Below are positions 54,058-64,000 of a DNA stretch of 64,000 bases, one piece after another. The notes beneath the pieces were generated by a model. The model ran no database searches. It was not told the origin of the DNA and was given only the letters and a program-made list of their open reading frames with translations. The stretch's first letter is position 1, and each line of letters begins with the position of its first letter. Position numbers and translations under genes: made by a program. The DNA is from an uncultured Mollicutes bacterium (GTDB lineage: Bacteria > Bacillota_I > Bacilli_A > RF39 > UBA660), in the NCBI GenBank assembly GCA_947652375.1, contig CANTCS010000002.1, positions 15,080 to 79,079 on the forward strand, in the 5' to 3' direction.

Positions 54058-56094
54058 TTAATTTAATAATTCTGGCACTAATTGATTATTATTTTGTATT
54101 ATTTGAGGTTGGTTTGTAGGTTGTTGTCCTAGTGGTTGTTGAAATTGATTAATTGGTTGCTGTTGTAATTGTGTAGATGTTTGAATTGGTTGAATTAACG
54201 AACTAGGAGTTGTAGTAGAATTTAAGTTTTTAGCTGCTAATTGGACTTGTTGATTCATGATAGTATTAACATTATTTTGAGAATTTATAGTTGGTTGTTT
54301 AGTATTAACTGCAATAAGTCCACTAGCATCATACCAGACATTTTCTAAATTGACATTATTAGATAGTGGTCGAGGGTTAGGAATATCAATATACATTGAA
54401 GTTGGAACTTTAAAAGCTGTTCCAAAAGCAATACAATTACCAGGTTTAAGATTTTTTAATTGTAAAACTATTTCCGATGAAACATTTGGTACCATTTCTT
54501 TAATATATTTTAAATCTACTGGGTGTAATGTTCTTAAAATTATAAAATTAGCACATTGAGATATACAAGTATCAGAAAGTTCACTTGGTCGTTGAGTAAT
54601 TAATGCTAAAAACATACCATATTTACGTCCCTCTTTAGTAATTCGCTCAAAAATATTATAACCTAATAAGTTAACATCACTATCACGTTGAACATAACGA
54701 TGGGCTTCTTCAATAATTATATGAAAAGCTCTACTACCTCGTGGTTTTGTTTCACTTGCTTTAAGAAAAAGCATTCTCGATAAAATTTTAGTTATTACTT
54801 TAGCTAAGCGATCATCAATGTAATTTATATTAAAATTCACTATTTGAGCTTTACTATTAGTTTTTGAATCTAACAATAAAGTTTCAATGTATTGATCTCT
54901 TGTAACATATTTAGGATAGTTAAAATAGTGTCTATTTTCTCCTGTTGCTAAAGTATGTAGACGAACACTAATGACATTGGCATTGTCAAATACTTTATCA
55001 CTTTTTAAGATTCCTTCACTTATTAGAGCAAAATCCATCGCTTGTTCTAAATCTGATAAAGTATAATATGGGTTTAATTCATTTTTATCAATTTCTAATT
55101 GATCTTCGATAATATAACCTCTAGTAAACTCAACAACTAATTCCATTTCTTGCATCTTACCTGTTTTGTCCACATATAAGCACTGTTTAAGAGTTCTTAT
55201 ATAACCAGGTTGTACAATTTGGCTTTCTAAATTAAGTGATGGAGTATTAAATTTAGTTAAAACTCCAATAACTTGATCTCTTATTTTTGTAGAATCATTT
55301 CCACTTAAAAGAATATCTTGTAAGGCTTTAGCAATAATATCATTTTTTCTTTTGATAACTGCTTCGCTATTACCTGTTAAAATAGAAACTAATTTAAGAG
55401 TTTTTTCGATTATTGGTAGTTGAGAGGGAGAATTTGCATCTAAAAGAAGTGCTAAGTCATCAACATCTAATAACCAGATTGGAATACGTAAAATCTCACA
55501 TTCAGGATCGATAATATTAGTAGTATATGCTTTATAATTAAGTTTTGAATTCTTTTCATGAAGACTACCAAAGGCATGCGTATATTCGCCATAGGCATCA
55601 AAAAAGAAAAGTGATGCATTTACAGGAGGAACGGGACTACTAGTAAATAATTTTTGCAAAACAGAAGCAACTGTACAACTTTTTCCAGCTCCAGAATTTC
55701 CTAAAATTGCATAGTGGTTACTAAAAAAATCATTAATATTTACATTTATTTTGTAACCATCATAAATATTGCTTGTACCAAAATTTGTTTGGCCAAACGC
55801 TGTTTTTTGTTTACCAAAGAGTAATTCTAATTCTTCTATCTCAATAATTCTTATTTTAGATTTAAAAGATGGTTTAGAACTTGCACCAGGGATAAAAATA
55901 TTATCTTTAATTTCACCTACAACATTAGCAATCATTTTAGTCTGATTAACATTTGCTATTTCTGCAACTACTTTTTTATTGGACCCATCTTCAAAGATTA
56001 GATGAAGATTTACTAAATTTGGTTGTTCATTGATATTAATATTTAGTTTTATAATTACACTATTATCAATTATTTCTTCTATTTTACCTAGCAT
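54058..56094 (-). CDS. HerA/FtsK-superfamily ATPase (DUF87-like) with an N-terminal HAS-barrel-like domain and a Gln/Asn/Pro-rich tail
   Basis: Walker A GNSGAGKSCT, Walker B FHIIIEEAHRYV and ALITQRPSEL. The last ~90 residues are low complexity (QQPINQFQQPLGQQPTNQPQ). Confidence 0.75.
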   Translation of the reverse strand: MLGKIEEIIDNSVIIKLNININEQPNLVNLHLIFEDGSNKKVVAEIANVNQTKMIANVVGEIKDNIFIPGASSKPSFKSKIRIIEIEELELLFGKQKTAFGQTNFGTSNIYDGYKINVNINDFFSNHYAILGNSGAGKSCTVASVLQKLFTSSPVPPVNASLFFFDAYGEYTHAFGSLHEKNSKLNYKAYTTNIIDPECEILRIPIWLLDVDDLALLLDANSPSQLPIIEKTLKLVSILTGNSEAVIKRKNDIIAKALQDILLSGNDSTKIRDQVIGVLTKFNTPSLNLESQIVQPGYIRTLKQCLYVDKTGKMQEMELVVEFTRGYIIEDQLEIDKNELNPYYTLSDLEQAMDFALISEGILKSDKVFDNANVISVRLHTLATGENRHYFNYPKYVTRDQYIETLLLDSKTNSKAQIVNFNINYIDDRLAKVITKILSRMLFLKASETKPRGSRAFHIIIEEAHRYVQRDSDVNLLGYNIFERITKEGRKYGMFLALITQRPSELSDTCISQCANFIILRTLHPVDLKYIKEMVPNVSSEIVLQLKNLKPGNCIAFGTAFKVPTSMYIDIPNPRPLSNNVNLENVWYDASGLIAVNTKQPTINSQNNVNTIMNQQVQLAAKNLNSTTTPSSLIQPIQTSTQLQQQPINQFQQPLGQQPTNQPQIIQNNNQLVPELLN

Positions 56095-56412
56095 TTAATC
56101 ACCCTTTTATTATTATTAAGTATATCAAAAAAATGATAAAAATAAAAGGAGCTAATTAACTTTTTTATTTTACTGTATAAGAAAATTAGTGAAAATATAT
56201 AGAATTTTCTTTTTACCAGAAAAAAATTAGTTTCCACTACTAGGCTTTTATTTTAAACAATATATATGATTTAATATCTATTTTACTACTAATTTACTAC
56301 TTTATATAAAATTTTCATATGCTTATATAAAAAAGGACATAAATTTTTTAATATGAATTTTTGATAATAATTATAGATATGTAATTATGAATATGTCAAG
56401 GAAACTTTTATA

Positions 56413-56451
56413 AAATAAAAAAGGAACATTCAATAATCGCATATTGAGTGT
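56413..56451 (-). terminator. intrinsic terminator after the frameshifted gene
   Basis: On the minus strand: ACACTCAATA-TGCGAT-TATTGAATGT, then CC and a T-run. Confidence 0.6.
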
Positions 56452-56525
56452 TGCCTAAATAAATTATGACTCCACCTAAATCTGTGCTAGAATTAGGTGG
56501 ATTTCTTTTATTATAAAAAAACTAA

Positions 56526-57502
56526 TTAGATAGTTCTTTTAACTTTTGTTTTTTCTTTTACAACTTCTTTTCTTATAACATTATTTACAAATTCTTCATA
56601 GTTATTTATTAAAAAGTTAAAGTCTTCAGAAATAATTTTTGAAGATAATTTTAAAACATCAGTGTATGGTAAAAGCGATTCTATTAATTTCTTCCTATTA
56701 AATTTCTTAAAATCTTTAAACGTAAAAATTTCTCTTTTATCAGCGTTGATGCATTCAATGTACTGATCTAGAAGCATAATTTTAATTGTAGCTCTATTAG
56801 AAGAATTTTCTGAATATCTGATTGCACGATAACTATCTAGTACTTTATAGCTTAATGGGAATAAGATATTTTCTGGATTAATAGTTTCATAATTAGCATT
56901 AAAATATTCTCTACATTCATAGGAAGTGTTTGATGCTGAGTATCTATTATATCCTTTCATATTCATAGTATAAGGATATAGTTCTTCATTAGTTAATGCA
57001 ATTTCAATAATATCGTTATCCATCATAATCTCTGAATTTCTATTTTTAGGATAAAAACCGATTGGTTCTGACGATAACCAGGATCAAGAATTAAATAATA
57101 ATCGTCATTATCTCTTATAGTTCTTAGAAGCAGAGACATATGAGCTTCTTTTATCAAATTATCTCCAAACGGAGAAGAAAAACCAATTGATTTATAAGAT
57201 ATATATTGAGTATTAATTCTATAGTCAATTAGTTTTTCTTTTAATACTTTACTGACATAGTAACAATTAAATCTAACTTTAGAATAATCTTTAATTTCTT
57301 CAATTGTGGTATTTAAATTTGAATGATAATTTTCTCTTAATAGTGTTATTAAGTCAATGGTATTGCAGATACATTCAGTAATTGTTTCTTGAATTAAACA
57401 TTTAATAAGATTTAAATCTAAGTCTTCATAATAAATATTTGGTTCCTCTTTAATCTTTATTTTTTTATTGGTGGATAATTATTTCTAATTATTGTTTGCA
57501 TA
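56526..57502 (-). pseudogene. gene of unknown family (~320 codons) disrupted by two frameshifts
   Basis: Only the 3' 166-aa ORF (56526..57026) is in the track. Upstream, a ~150-codon open frame with no start continues the coding signal (KEEPNIYYEDLDLNLIKCLIQ...LILDPGYRQNQ). The only ATG (about 57502, MQTIIRNNYPPIKK*) is in a third frame and stops at an A7 tract. Confidence 0.55.
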
Positions 57503-58852
57503 TTAGAAAATTTTATTGATTTTCATTAATTCTTTACAAGACTCTTCAGAATAAAACATCGGAATTACTCCACCAACATTTTCAATACCTTTTTCTGTAA
57601 CAATCATTTTATTTTCTTTAAATTCTATAAAACCTTTATTTAATAAAAATTCTATTTCTTCTTTAAAATATTCTTTAAAAGCAATATTAAATCTTTTTTG
57701 GAACGCAGATAAATCTACAAAGGCAAAGTAGAATGCAACTGATAACATTTTAGCTATGGCTTCACTTTCTGGTAATTTATAAATATCTTGAATTGGAAAA
57801 TCACCATTATTAATTTTATTAAAATAGTTTTTTAAGGTCTTAGTACTTGCTCCTTCATTATAAGCTAAATACTGTCTACCAAAACTTTGAGCTCCAAGTC
57901 CCATACCAATATAAGGTAGTCCTTCAATTACTCTTTTTGTTAAATAATCACTTGTTCCTTCATCATTTGGTAATTTACTGAAAGTATTTTTACCGAATGG
58001 CGCTAAGTAACCAGCTTCATTTAAAATACGATGAGCTTCTTTATATTGATTATTTACTTTTTCTAAAGTAACTTGTTCGGCTTCTTTAACAATTTTAGTT
58101 CCTTTATAACGATTTCTATATAGAGTAATATATTCAGGATTTAATTTAATTGCATATTCTAAAGTAGCTTTAAAATCATCTAGATCTTGATTTAGAAAAC
58201 CATACATTAAATCAACATTAACTTTTTTAAATCCAGCTTTTCTTATATTTTCGATTGCTGTTTTATAAATATTATTGCTACCTTCACGTCCGAAAGCTTC
58301 TAGTAAAACAGGATTTATAGTTTGAATCCCCATACTGATACGTCGATAACCCATATCATATAAAGCTTTAATTTTTTCATAATTTTTGGCAGCAATTACA
58401 GGAGTTGTTTCAATACTCATTTCTGTTTTTTTATCAAAATTAAAATTTTTATGTAATCTTTCAGTAATTCTTTTTATTTGTTCCGTTTCTAGTTGTGTTG
58501 GTGTTCCTCCTCCTAAATCAAAGCCTAATATTTTTTTATCTTTTATAATTTCTTGATACATATCTATTTCTTTTAATAAAGCAGTAACGTATTCTTCTTT
58601 TTTATCATAATCATCTCCTGACACAACTGCATATTCACAGAAACGACATCTACTTTGACAAAATGGTACATGTACATATAAGGCTAAAGAATCAAGTTTT
58701 TCAATATCTGATATTAATAATTGTTTAATTTCTTCTTTATCCTTTATTTTATAACGCATTAAAGATGTTGGTGTTAGAGGATAAGCCGTATTTGTAATGT
58801 GATGCATCTTAATTCCTTTCTGATATAATTCTTCTAAATTAATTGTTTTCAT
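57503..58852 (-). CDS. radical SAM protein, HemN/HemW (oxygen-independent coproporphyrinogen oxidase-like) family
   Basis: CQSRCRFCEY (CxxxCxxC), GGGTPT, and a ~450-aa length. Confidence 0.8.
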   Translation of the reverse strand: MKTINLEELYQKGIKMHHITNTAYPLTPTSLMRYKIKDKEEIKQLLISDIEKLDSLALYVHVPFCQSRCRFCEYAVVSGDDYDKKEEYVTALLKEIDMYQEIIKDKKILGFDLGGGTPTQLETEQIKRITERLHKNFNFDKKTEMSIETTPVIAAKNYEKIKALYDMGYRRISMGIQTINPVLLEAFGREGSNNIYKTAIENIRKAGFKKVNVDLMYGFLNQDLDDFKATLEYAIKLNPEYITLYRNRYKGTKIVKEAEQVTLEKVNNQYKEAHRILNEAGYLAPFGKNTFSKLPNDEGTSDYLTKRVIEGLPYIGMGLGAQSFGRQYLAYNEGASTKTLKNYFNKINNGDFPIQDIYKLPESEAIAKMLSVAFYFAFVDLSAFQKRFNIAFKEYFKEEIEFLLNKGFIEFKENKMIVTEKGIENVGGVIPMFYSEESCKELMKINKIF

Positions 58853-58992
58853 AATAATCTCTCCTTTTTTTATTCAAAATTTCTTTTGTTATTAACATTA
58901 TATTAATAAGATATTAAAACGTCAATATCTTTTTAATATTTTGATAAAAAGAAATTATAAAAAAAATAACAGTATGTTATATCACTGTTATT

Positions 58993-59613
58993 TTAATAGA
59001 GACCATGTATTTTTTTTCTATCTTCATCGGATAAATCATCTATAATCCATTTTCCATCTTTTTTAGTTAGATTAAAAGTAAGGTCGTATTTTGTTTTATC
59101 GGTTACATTTTTCAATTCTTTTATCTTATAATCAATAAAACTTGAAGCTTTTTCGATATTATCTTTTACATCATCTTTTAAGTCTTCTGCTTTTTCTTTT
59201 AAAGAAACATCTTTTTTATCATCATTGTTTTTATTTTCTTCTTGTTTTTCTTCTTTAAATTCGTCTTGATGTTCTTGATAATATTCTTTTGATTTTTTTA
59301 TAGAGGATTGATAATCTAGAACTTCAATTTCAACATCAACTGTAGCACTATCTCCTTCGATATCTTCATTTTTAATTTTATACGAAAGATTTTGATATTG
59401 TTTTTCTAAAATAATTTTGTATTCTTTTCTTTGATCATCATTCATGTTTTCATCTTTGTTGATAACATCATCTAATTCTGTTAAAACCTTTTTATCTAAT
59501 TTCTGATATTTACCTAAAAATTCTTCTACTTTACTTGTTGGAGTATTCATAGTATTATCACAACCTACTAATAAAAAAGCTCCTAAAAAAAGTGCAACTA
59601 ATATTTTTTTCAT
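58993..59613 (-). CDS. lipoprotein of unknown function
   Basis: I chose the start at MKKILVALFLGAFLLVGCDN (lipobox LVGC), internal to track ORF 58993..59661. Confidence 0.65.
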   Translation of the reverse strand: MKKILVALFLGAFLLVGCDNTMNTPTSKVEEFLGKYQKLDKKVLTELDDVINKDENMNDDQRKEYKIILEKQYQNLSYKIKNEDIEGDSATVDVEIEVLDYQSSIKKSKEYYQEHQDEFKEEKQEENKNNDDKKDVSLKEKAEDLKDDVKDNIEKASSFIDYKIKELKNVTDKTKYDLTFNLTKKDGKWIIDDLSDEDRKKIHGLY

Positions 59614-59766
59614 ATTTTTCCTCCCATTTATATAATGGAAAAGTTTTTTTATTTTATACATTTTTTTATAATTGTTTAAAGAAGTAAAATTTTCTTTAAT
59701 AGTATAATTATGTTCTTTACTGTATTTTATTATTTATAATAAAAAATAAAAAGAAGATTACTCTTC

Positions 59767-61149
59767 TTAAAAATCACAATTCCCTGGAGTTCTAGGAAAT
59801 GGAATTACATCTCGGATATTTTCTATTCCTGTAAGATACATTATTAATCTTTCAAATCCCATACCAAATCCACTATGATAACATCCTCCAAATTTTCTTA
59901 AATTAATATACCATTCAACGCTTGTTTGATCAACGTTCATTTGTTTTGCACGAGAGATAATTTTATCTAGGTTTTCTTCTCTTTGAGATCCTCCCATTAG
60001 TTCTCCACTACCTGGAACTTCCAAGTCAACAGCTGCTACTGTTTTACCATCGGCATTTTCTTTCATGTACCAAGCTTTAATATCTTTTGGCCAATCATAT
60101 ATGAATACTGGTCCATTAAAATATTCTGTAATATATTTTTCATGCTCTTTAGCAATATCATCTTCATAACTTGGAGAGAATTCCCATTCTATATTTGCTT
60201 TTAGCAAAATATCTACTACATCATGATGAGTTATTCTTGTAAATTTTGAATTAATTAATTTAGTTAATTTTTCTTTTAGACCTTTTTCAACAAATTGATC
60301 TAAGAATTCAATTTCAGTTGAACATTTATCTAGTACATATTTTACAACAAATTTTAACATATCTTCTTCTATATTCATTAAATTATCTAAATTACAAAAA
60401 GCTATTTCTGGCTCTATCATCCAAAATTCATTGGCATGAGTTTTAGTATTTGAGTTTTCTGTTCTAAATGTTGGTCCAAATGTATAAATTTTTTTATACG
60501 ATAATGCATAAGCTTCTCCGTGTAATTGCCCTGTTCCTGTAATATAGGCTTGACGTCTAAATAAGTCTTTTGTTATATCAACCTTACCATTTTCTTTTGG
60601 TAAATTATTTAAATCAAGAGTTGTAATTTTAAACATTTGATTTTCACCTTCACAGTCAGTTGTAGTTAATAAAGGAGTATGAACATAAACATAATTATTA
60701 AACTGAAAATATTCATGGATTGCCATAGCAGCAACACTTCTTACTCTAAAAACTGCTCCAAATAAATTTGTTCTTGGGCGAAGATAGGCTTGTTCTCTTA
60801 AAAATTCTCTTGTATGACGTTTAGGCTGGATGGGATAATCTTCTGGACAGTCTCCTAATAAAGTAGTACTTTTCATTTGAATTTCGAATTCTTGTTTCTT
60901 CGCAGGAGACTCTACTATAGTACCAACTACTTCGATAGCTGATCCTATGTGAAGACTTTGAATTTCTTCAAAATTTTGCAATTTATTATCATATACTATT
61001 TGAATTGTTTTAAAAAAAGTTCCATCATTAAAATCAATAAAACCAAATTCTTTTTGCTTACGATGGTTTCTTATCCAACCTTGAAGTGTTACTTCTTTGT
61101 TTAAAAATTCTTTTAAATTTTCATAAATTTCTTTTACATCTATTATCAT
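59767..61149 (-). CDS. asnS: asparagine--tRNA ligase
   Basis: Class IIb layout with an N-terminal OB domain and class II motifs (FRTENSNT, GGSQRE, GFGMGFERL). It ends in FPRTPG. Confidence 0.9.
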   Translation of the reverse strand: MIIDVKEIYENLKEFLNKEVTLQGWIRNHRKQKEFGFIDFNDGTFFKTIQIVYDNKLQNFEEIQSLHIGSAIEVVGTIVESPAKKQEFEIQMKSTTLLGDCPEDYPIQPKRHTREFLREQAYLRPRTNLFGAVFRVRSVAAMAIHEYFQFNNYVYVHTPLLTTTDCEGENQMFKITTLDLNNLPKENGKVDITKDLFRRQAYITGTGQLHGEAYALSYKKIYTFGPTFRTENSNTKTHANEFWMIEPEIAFCNLDNLMNIEEDMLKFVVKYVLDKCSTEIEFLDQFVEKGLKEKLTKLINSKFTRITHHDVVDILLKANIEWEFSPSYEDDIAKEHEKYITEYFNGPVFIYDWPKDIKAWYMKENADGKTVAAVDLEVPGSGELMGGSQREENLDKIISRAKQMNVDQTSVEWYINLRKFGGCYHSGFGMGFERLIMYLTGIENIRDVIPFPRTPGNCDF

Positions 61150-61164
61150 ATTATTCCTTCTTTC

Positions 61165-61557
61165 CTAATCTATATAGTAATAATTAGAGTCCATTGTGGC
61201 AACTAATTCTTTTTTATCATTGTAAATATTGGCTTTTAGTACACAAGTGGTTCTACCATTTTTTATAAATTCTGCTTGAGCCTTTAAATATTTTCCTTGT
61301 CCTGGTTTTAAATAATTGATATTAGCACTTAAAGTAACTGCTTTTTTACCAGTTGCTCTTGCAAGCATTCCCATTGTTACATCTCCTAAACCGAATATTA
61401 AACCACCATGAGCTATTTGATATGGATTCATAGAGTTTTCTGTTAAATCTGCTCTAATGATACATTCTTCTTTTTTTGCTTTTTCAACGTGAAAATTATT
61501 ATTTTTAAAAAATCCTGGACCATTTTCCATTTCGTCTAATAATTGTTCAAAATTCAT
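61165..61557 (-). CDS. PaaI-family hotdog-fold thioesterase
   Basis: 130 aa with IAHGGLIFGLGD. Confidence 0.75.
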   Translation of the reverse strand: MNFEQLLDEMENGPGFFKNNNFHVEKAKKEECIIRADLTENSMNPYQIAHGGLIFGLGDVTMGMLARATGKKAVTLSANINYLKPGQGKYLKAQAEFIKNGRTTCVLKANIYNDKKELVATMDSNYYYID

Positions 61558-61577
61558 TGCTTTCTCCTTTCAAACTT

Positions 61578-62753
61578 TTAAACTATTAATTTACTGTTAT
61601 ATTTCCATGCTAAAATTCTTAAAACAGCTTTATCTAATTTTTTTTGAGTTATTTTTTTATTTTTAACAGAGTTTAATATTTCTTTATACATTGTTAAAAA
61701 ATCACTAGTTATTATCATATCATTACCAGCATTTATGGCAAGGGTTGCAGCTTGATTATTTTCGACATATTTATTTACGGCATCCATTGCTAAATCATCA
61801 GTTATAACAATACCAGTAAACCCTAAGGTGTTTCTTAATTCATCAATTACGTTTTTGCTTAGTGATGCTGGAGTTTCACTATCAATAGCATTAATTATAT
61901 TATGTGAGACTAGAACACAGGGTACTTTTGCTATAATTCCTGCTTGAAATGGTAAGAAATCGTTATTTTTCAATTCTTTATAACTACGTTTATCTTTCGC
62001 AATTTCTTTGTGTGTATCTCGATTGTTGCCGTAACCTGGAAAATGTTTCAAGCAAGAATTTATTTGATTATTGTTTGCATAAGTTACCATTTTTGCAATA
62101 AGTTTACTTGTTTTTTTAGCATCATAACCAAATGTTCTATTATAAATATAGTCTTCCTTATTAACGGAAATATCGGCTACAGGAGCTAAATTAAGATTAA
62201 TTCCTAAATCTTTCAAGAGAGCATATTTCTCATTTTCTATTTTCTCTAATAATTCAAGTCCTCCAGTTTCATAATATTCTTTTGGAGATAAAAATTTCTC
62301 ATTTCTAAAAGATTTGAAGCGACTGACTCTAGTAACATATCCTCCCTCTTCATCAACACCTATGATAAGAGGAATGGAGTTTACTGCTTGAGTTTTTAAT
62401 AATTCTTCTTTTAATGATTTCTTAGTATGATTCTCAAAATCTTTAGCGAATAAAATATATCCGCCAGGATAATAATTAACAAATTTCTCTACTTCATGAT
62501 TATTATATCTTACTAAAAATAATTGTCCTATTTTTTCTTCTAAACTCATTTTATTTAAAGTAAGTTGAGCTTTTTTATAATAATTAGTAAATAATGGTTT
62601 GTTAATTTTAATTGTAGGAAATTTTATTTCGACTTGCTTTTCTTCATAAGTATTTTTTATTTGTCTAAATTTAAATTCTCTATATATAAAAATTATTAAT
62701 AAAGCTAAGATTGGTAATAAAGAGATAATTATATTTTTCAATTTATATTGCAT
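61578..62753 (-). CDS. nagZ: membrane-anchored glycoside hydrolase family 3 (NagZ-like beta-N-acetylhexosaminidase)
   Basis: N-terminal TM, IGVDEEGG, KHFPGYG and ITDDLAM motifs. Confidence 0.8.
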   Translation of the reverse strand: MQYKLKNIIISLLPILALLIIFIYREFKFRQIKNTYEEKQVEIKFPTIKINKPLFTNYYKKAQLTLNKMSLEEKIGQLFLVRYNNHEVEKFVNYYPGGYILFAKDFENHTKKSLKEELLKTQAVNSIPLIIGVDEEGGYVTRVSRFKSFRNEKFLSPKEYYETGGLELLEKIENEKYALLKDLGINLNLAPVADISVNKEDYIYNRTFGYDAKKTSKLIAKMVTYANNNQINSCLKHFPGYGNNRDTHKEIAKDKRSYKELKNNDFLPFQAGIIAKVPCVLVSHNIINAIDSETPASLSKNVIDELRNTLGFTGIVITDDLAMDAVNKYVENNQAATLAINAGNDMIITSDFLTMYKEILNSVKNKKITQKKLDKAVLRILAWKYNSKLIV

Positions 62754-62762
62754 TTTAAAATC

Positions 62763-63611
62763 CTAATTCATAATTTTTTTAAATTCATTGGGAGTTGTTG
62801 TTTCAAAAAGAATTTCTTTTTTTAATTCTGGATAAAACATCTTAAGTCTATTGGCATGTAAAAATAGTCTTGATTCATGATCTTTGATATCATTATATTT
62901 TTTATCTCCTACAATTGGATGACGAAGAGTGTTAAAAGCTACTCTAATTTGATTTTTTCTACCTGTTTCAATATTTATACTTACCATTGTGTAATTTTCG
63001 CTTTCTTTTATAACTTTATAATTAGTAATTGCTTCTTTTCCCTCAGCGTCGTGCGAAACATAAACTAAATTTGTTTTTGTTTCTTTTAACTTTTGAACTA
63101 TTCTATCACTTTCCTTATTTAACTTTCCATGAACAACTGCAACATACTCACGAAGTGTAACATATTCATTCCAATTTTCTTGAAGTTTATTTTTAGTTTT
63201 TTCATCTTTAGCTAGTACAACAATCCCACTAGTATCTTTATCTAAGCGATGGACAATGAAAACTCGAGCATTACGATTCTTACTTACAAGATAATCTCTT
63301 ACTATATGATAAAGTGTTTTATCTTTTTCTTTTGGAGTGGCAATGGTAAGGAGTCCACTTGGTTTATTTACTACGATAATATGGTCATCTTCAAAAAGAA
63401 TTTCAAAGGGTAATGTTTTCTTATTTTTATTATCTGTATCAACAATTATTGTCATTCCTGGTAAAAGTTTATAATTGTATTTCGTTGTTCTATTATTATT
63501 AACAAAAATAGCTCCGTGAGTTAAATATTGTTTTATACGTTTTTTAGGCATATCTAAATTATTGTATAAATAGTCCAAAAGTTCTCCATTTTTTTTAACT
63601 ACAAGTTTCAT
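62763..63611 (-). CDS. RluA-family pseudouridine synthase
   Basis: HRLDKDTSGIVVLAK catalytic motif and GRKNQIRV. Confidence 0.85.
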   Translation of the reverse strand: MKLVVKKNGELLDYLYNNLDMPKKRIKQYLTHGAIFVNNNRTTKYNYKLLPGMTIIVDTDNKNKKTLPFEILFEDDHIIVVNKPSGLLTIATPKEKDKTLYHIVRDYLVSKNRNARVFIVHRLDKDTSGIVVLAKDEKTKNKLQENWNEYVTLREYVAVVHGKLNKESDRIVQKLKETKTNLVYVSHDAEGKEAITNYKVIKESENYTMVSINIETGRKNQIRVAFNTLRHPIVGDKKYNDIKDHESRLFLHANRLKMFYPELKKEILFETTTPNEFKKIMN

Positions 63612-63678
63612 AATACCACTTCTTTCTTCATCTAATTATATCATATATTAAATTTTAGTTAAACTCTTAAGTTTTAGG

Positions 63679-64000
63679 TTAGATTTTTTTTAAAACATTT
63701 TCAATAGATAAAGTACTATGTTTAGCAAAATCTTTTAAAATTTTTGCTGATGTTTTGATTATAAAACTAGTGGAAATATTTTTTACTAAATCAATCTCTG
63801 ATTCATTTGCCGCTATTACAATTACGTCTTTCATATCTATATTTTTTGTAGTTGTAATTTTTTTTGTTGCTTTAAAATTATCGCAAAGTCCAGATGTGAT
63901 TTCTAGAATAAATTTATTGGCTTTTTTTATAAGTAATTTATTTATTTTTAAATTATTTAAAATAGTTAAATCAGTTTTTTTATTTGGTAAAGTTATCTCT
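63679..64000 (-). CDS. 3' end of an unidentified gene (the 5' part lies beyond the right window edge)
   Basis: The minus-strand frame is open from the window edge to TAA 63681..63679 (...KDVIVIAANESEIDLVKNISTSFIIKTSAKILKDFAKHSTLSIENVLKKI*). Confidence 0.5.
   Translation of the reverse strand, partial: EITLPNKKTDLTILNNLKINKLLIKKANKFILEITSGLCDNFKATKKITTTKNIDMKDVIVIAANESEIDLVKNISTSFIIKTSAKILKDFAKHSTLSIENVLKKI

Noticed and set aside
1-64000. I searched by eye for CRISPR arrays, rRNA genes, transposases and IS ends, long direct or inverted repeats, and phage structural genes.
   Set aside because: I found none. The only recurring long motif is the conserved 3' part of the two T-box leaders (AAGGACGAA...CGTGGTACCACCTTAATT), which the riboswitch family explains.

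Overview
This is a very AT-rich chromosomal segment from an endospore-forming, PolC-type low-GC Firmicute (Bacillota). The taxon is an inference from gene content. About 70 genes are present and almost all lie on the minus strand. The backbone is housekeeping and sporulation: polC (partial), the rpsU-yqeY-yqfC-yqfD-ybeY-dgkA-cdd-era-yqzL-recO block, radC-mreC-mreD-spoIVFA-spoIVFB, valS and ileS behind T-box leaders, asnS, sepF-divIVA, rodA, prsW, gerM, gerE, a spoIIIAH-like gene, two cotZ/cotY-like genes, tRNA-Ala(UGC) and tRNA-Arg(UCU). Several accessory modules are embedded in this backbone. (1) At 31.3-35.5 kb there is a five-gene operon organised like a type VIIb secretion (T7SSb) LXG/Lap effector cassette. 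It has three small helical WXG100/Lap-like proteins, an 898-aa protein and a DUF4176-like protein. The large protein has a very unusual architecture and no T7SS core genes or immunity gene are in view. This is my top candidate for something undescribed. (2) At 14.5-17.4 kb there is a compact double-glycine-leader bacteriocin locus: a C39-ABC exporter, a short accessory protein and two translationally coupled peptides that are absent from the ORF track. (3) At 17.4-19.7 kb there is a terminator-bounded WYL-regulator / double-SIS / Ham1-ITPase module. (4) At 54.1-56.1 kb an orphan HerA/FtsK-like ATPase with a Gln-rich tail sits next to sepF-divIVA. (5) An Ile T-box drives a CaCA antiporter, a 60-codon ORF and a type-2 ileS. 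Several decayed genes (a GNAT, a radical-SAM DNA-repair remnant and frameshifted ORFs) mark eroding accessory DNA. I saw no CRISPR array, rRNA, transposase or prophage. Coordinates that I derived by hand, meaning those not taken from the ORF track, may be off by 1-2 nt.
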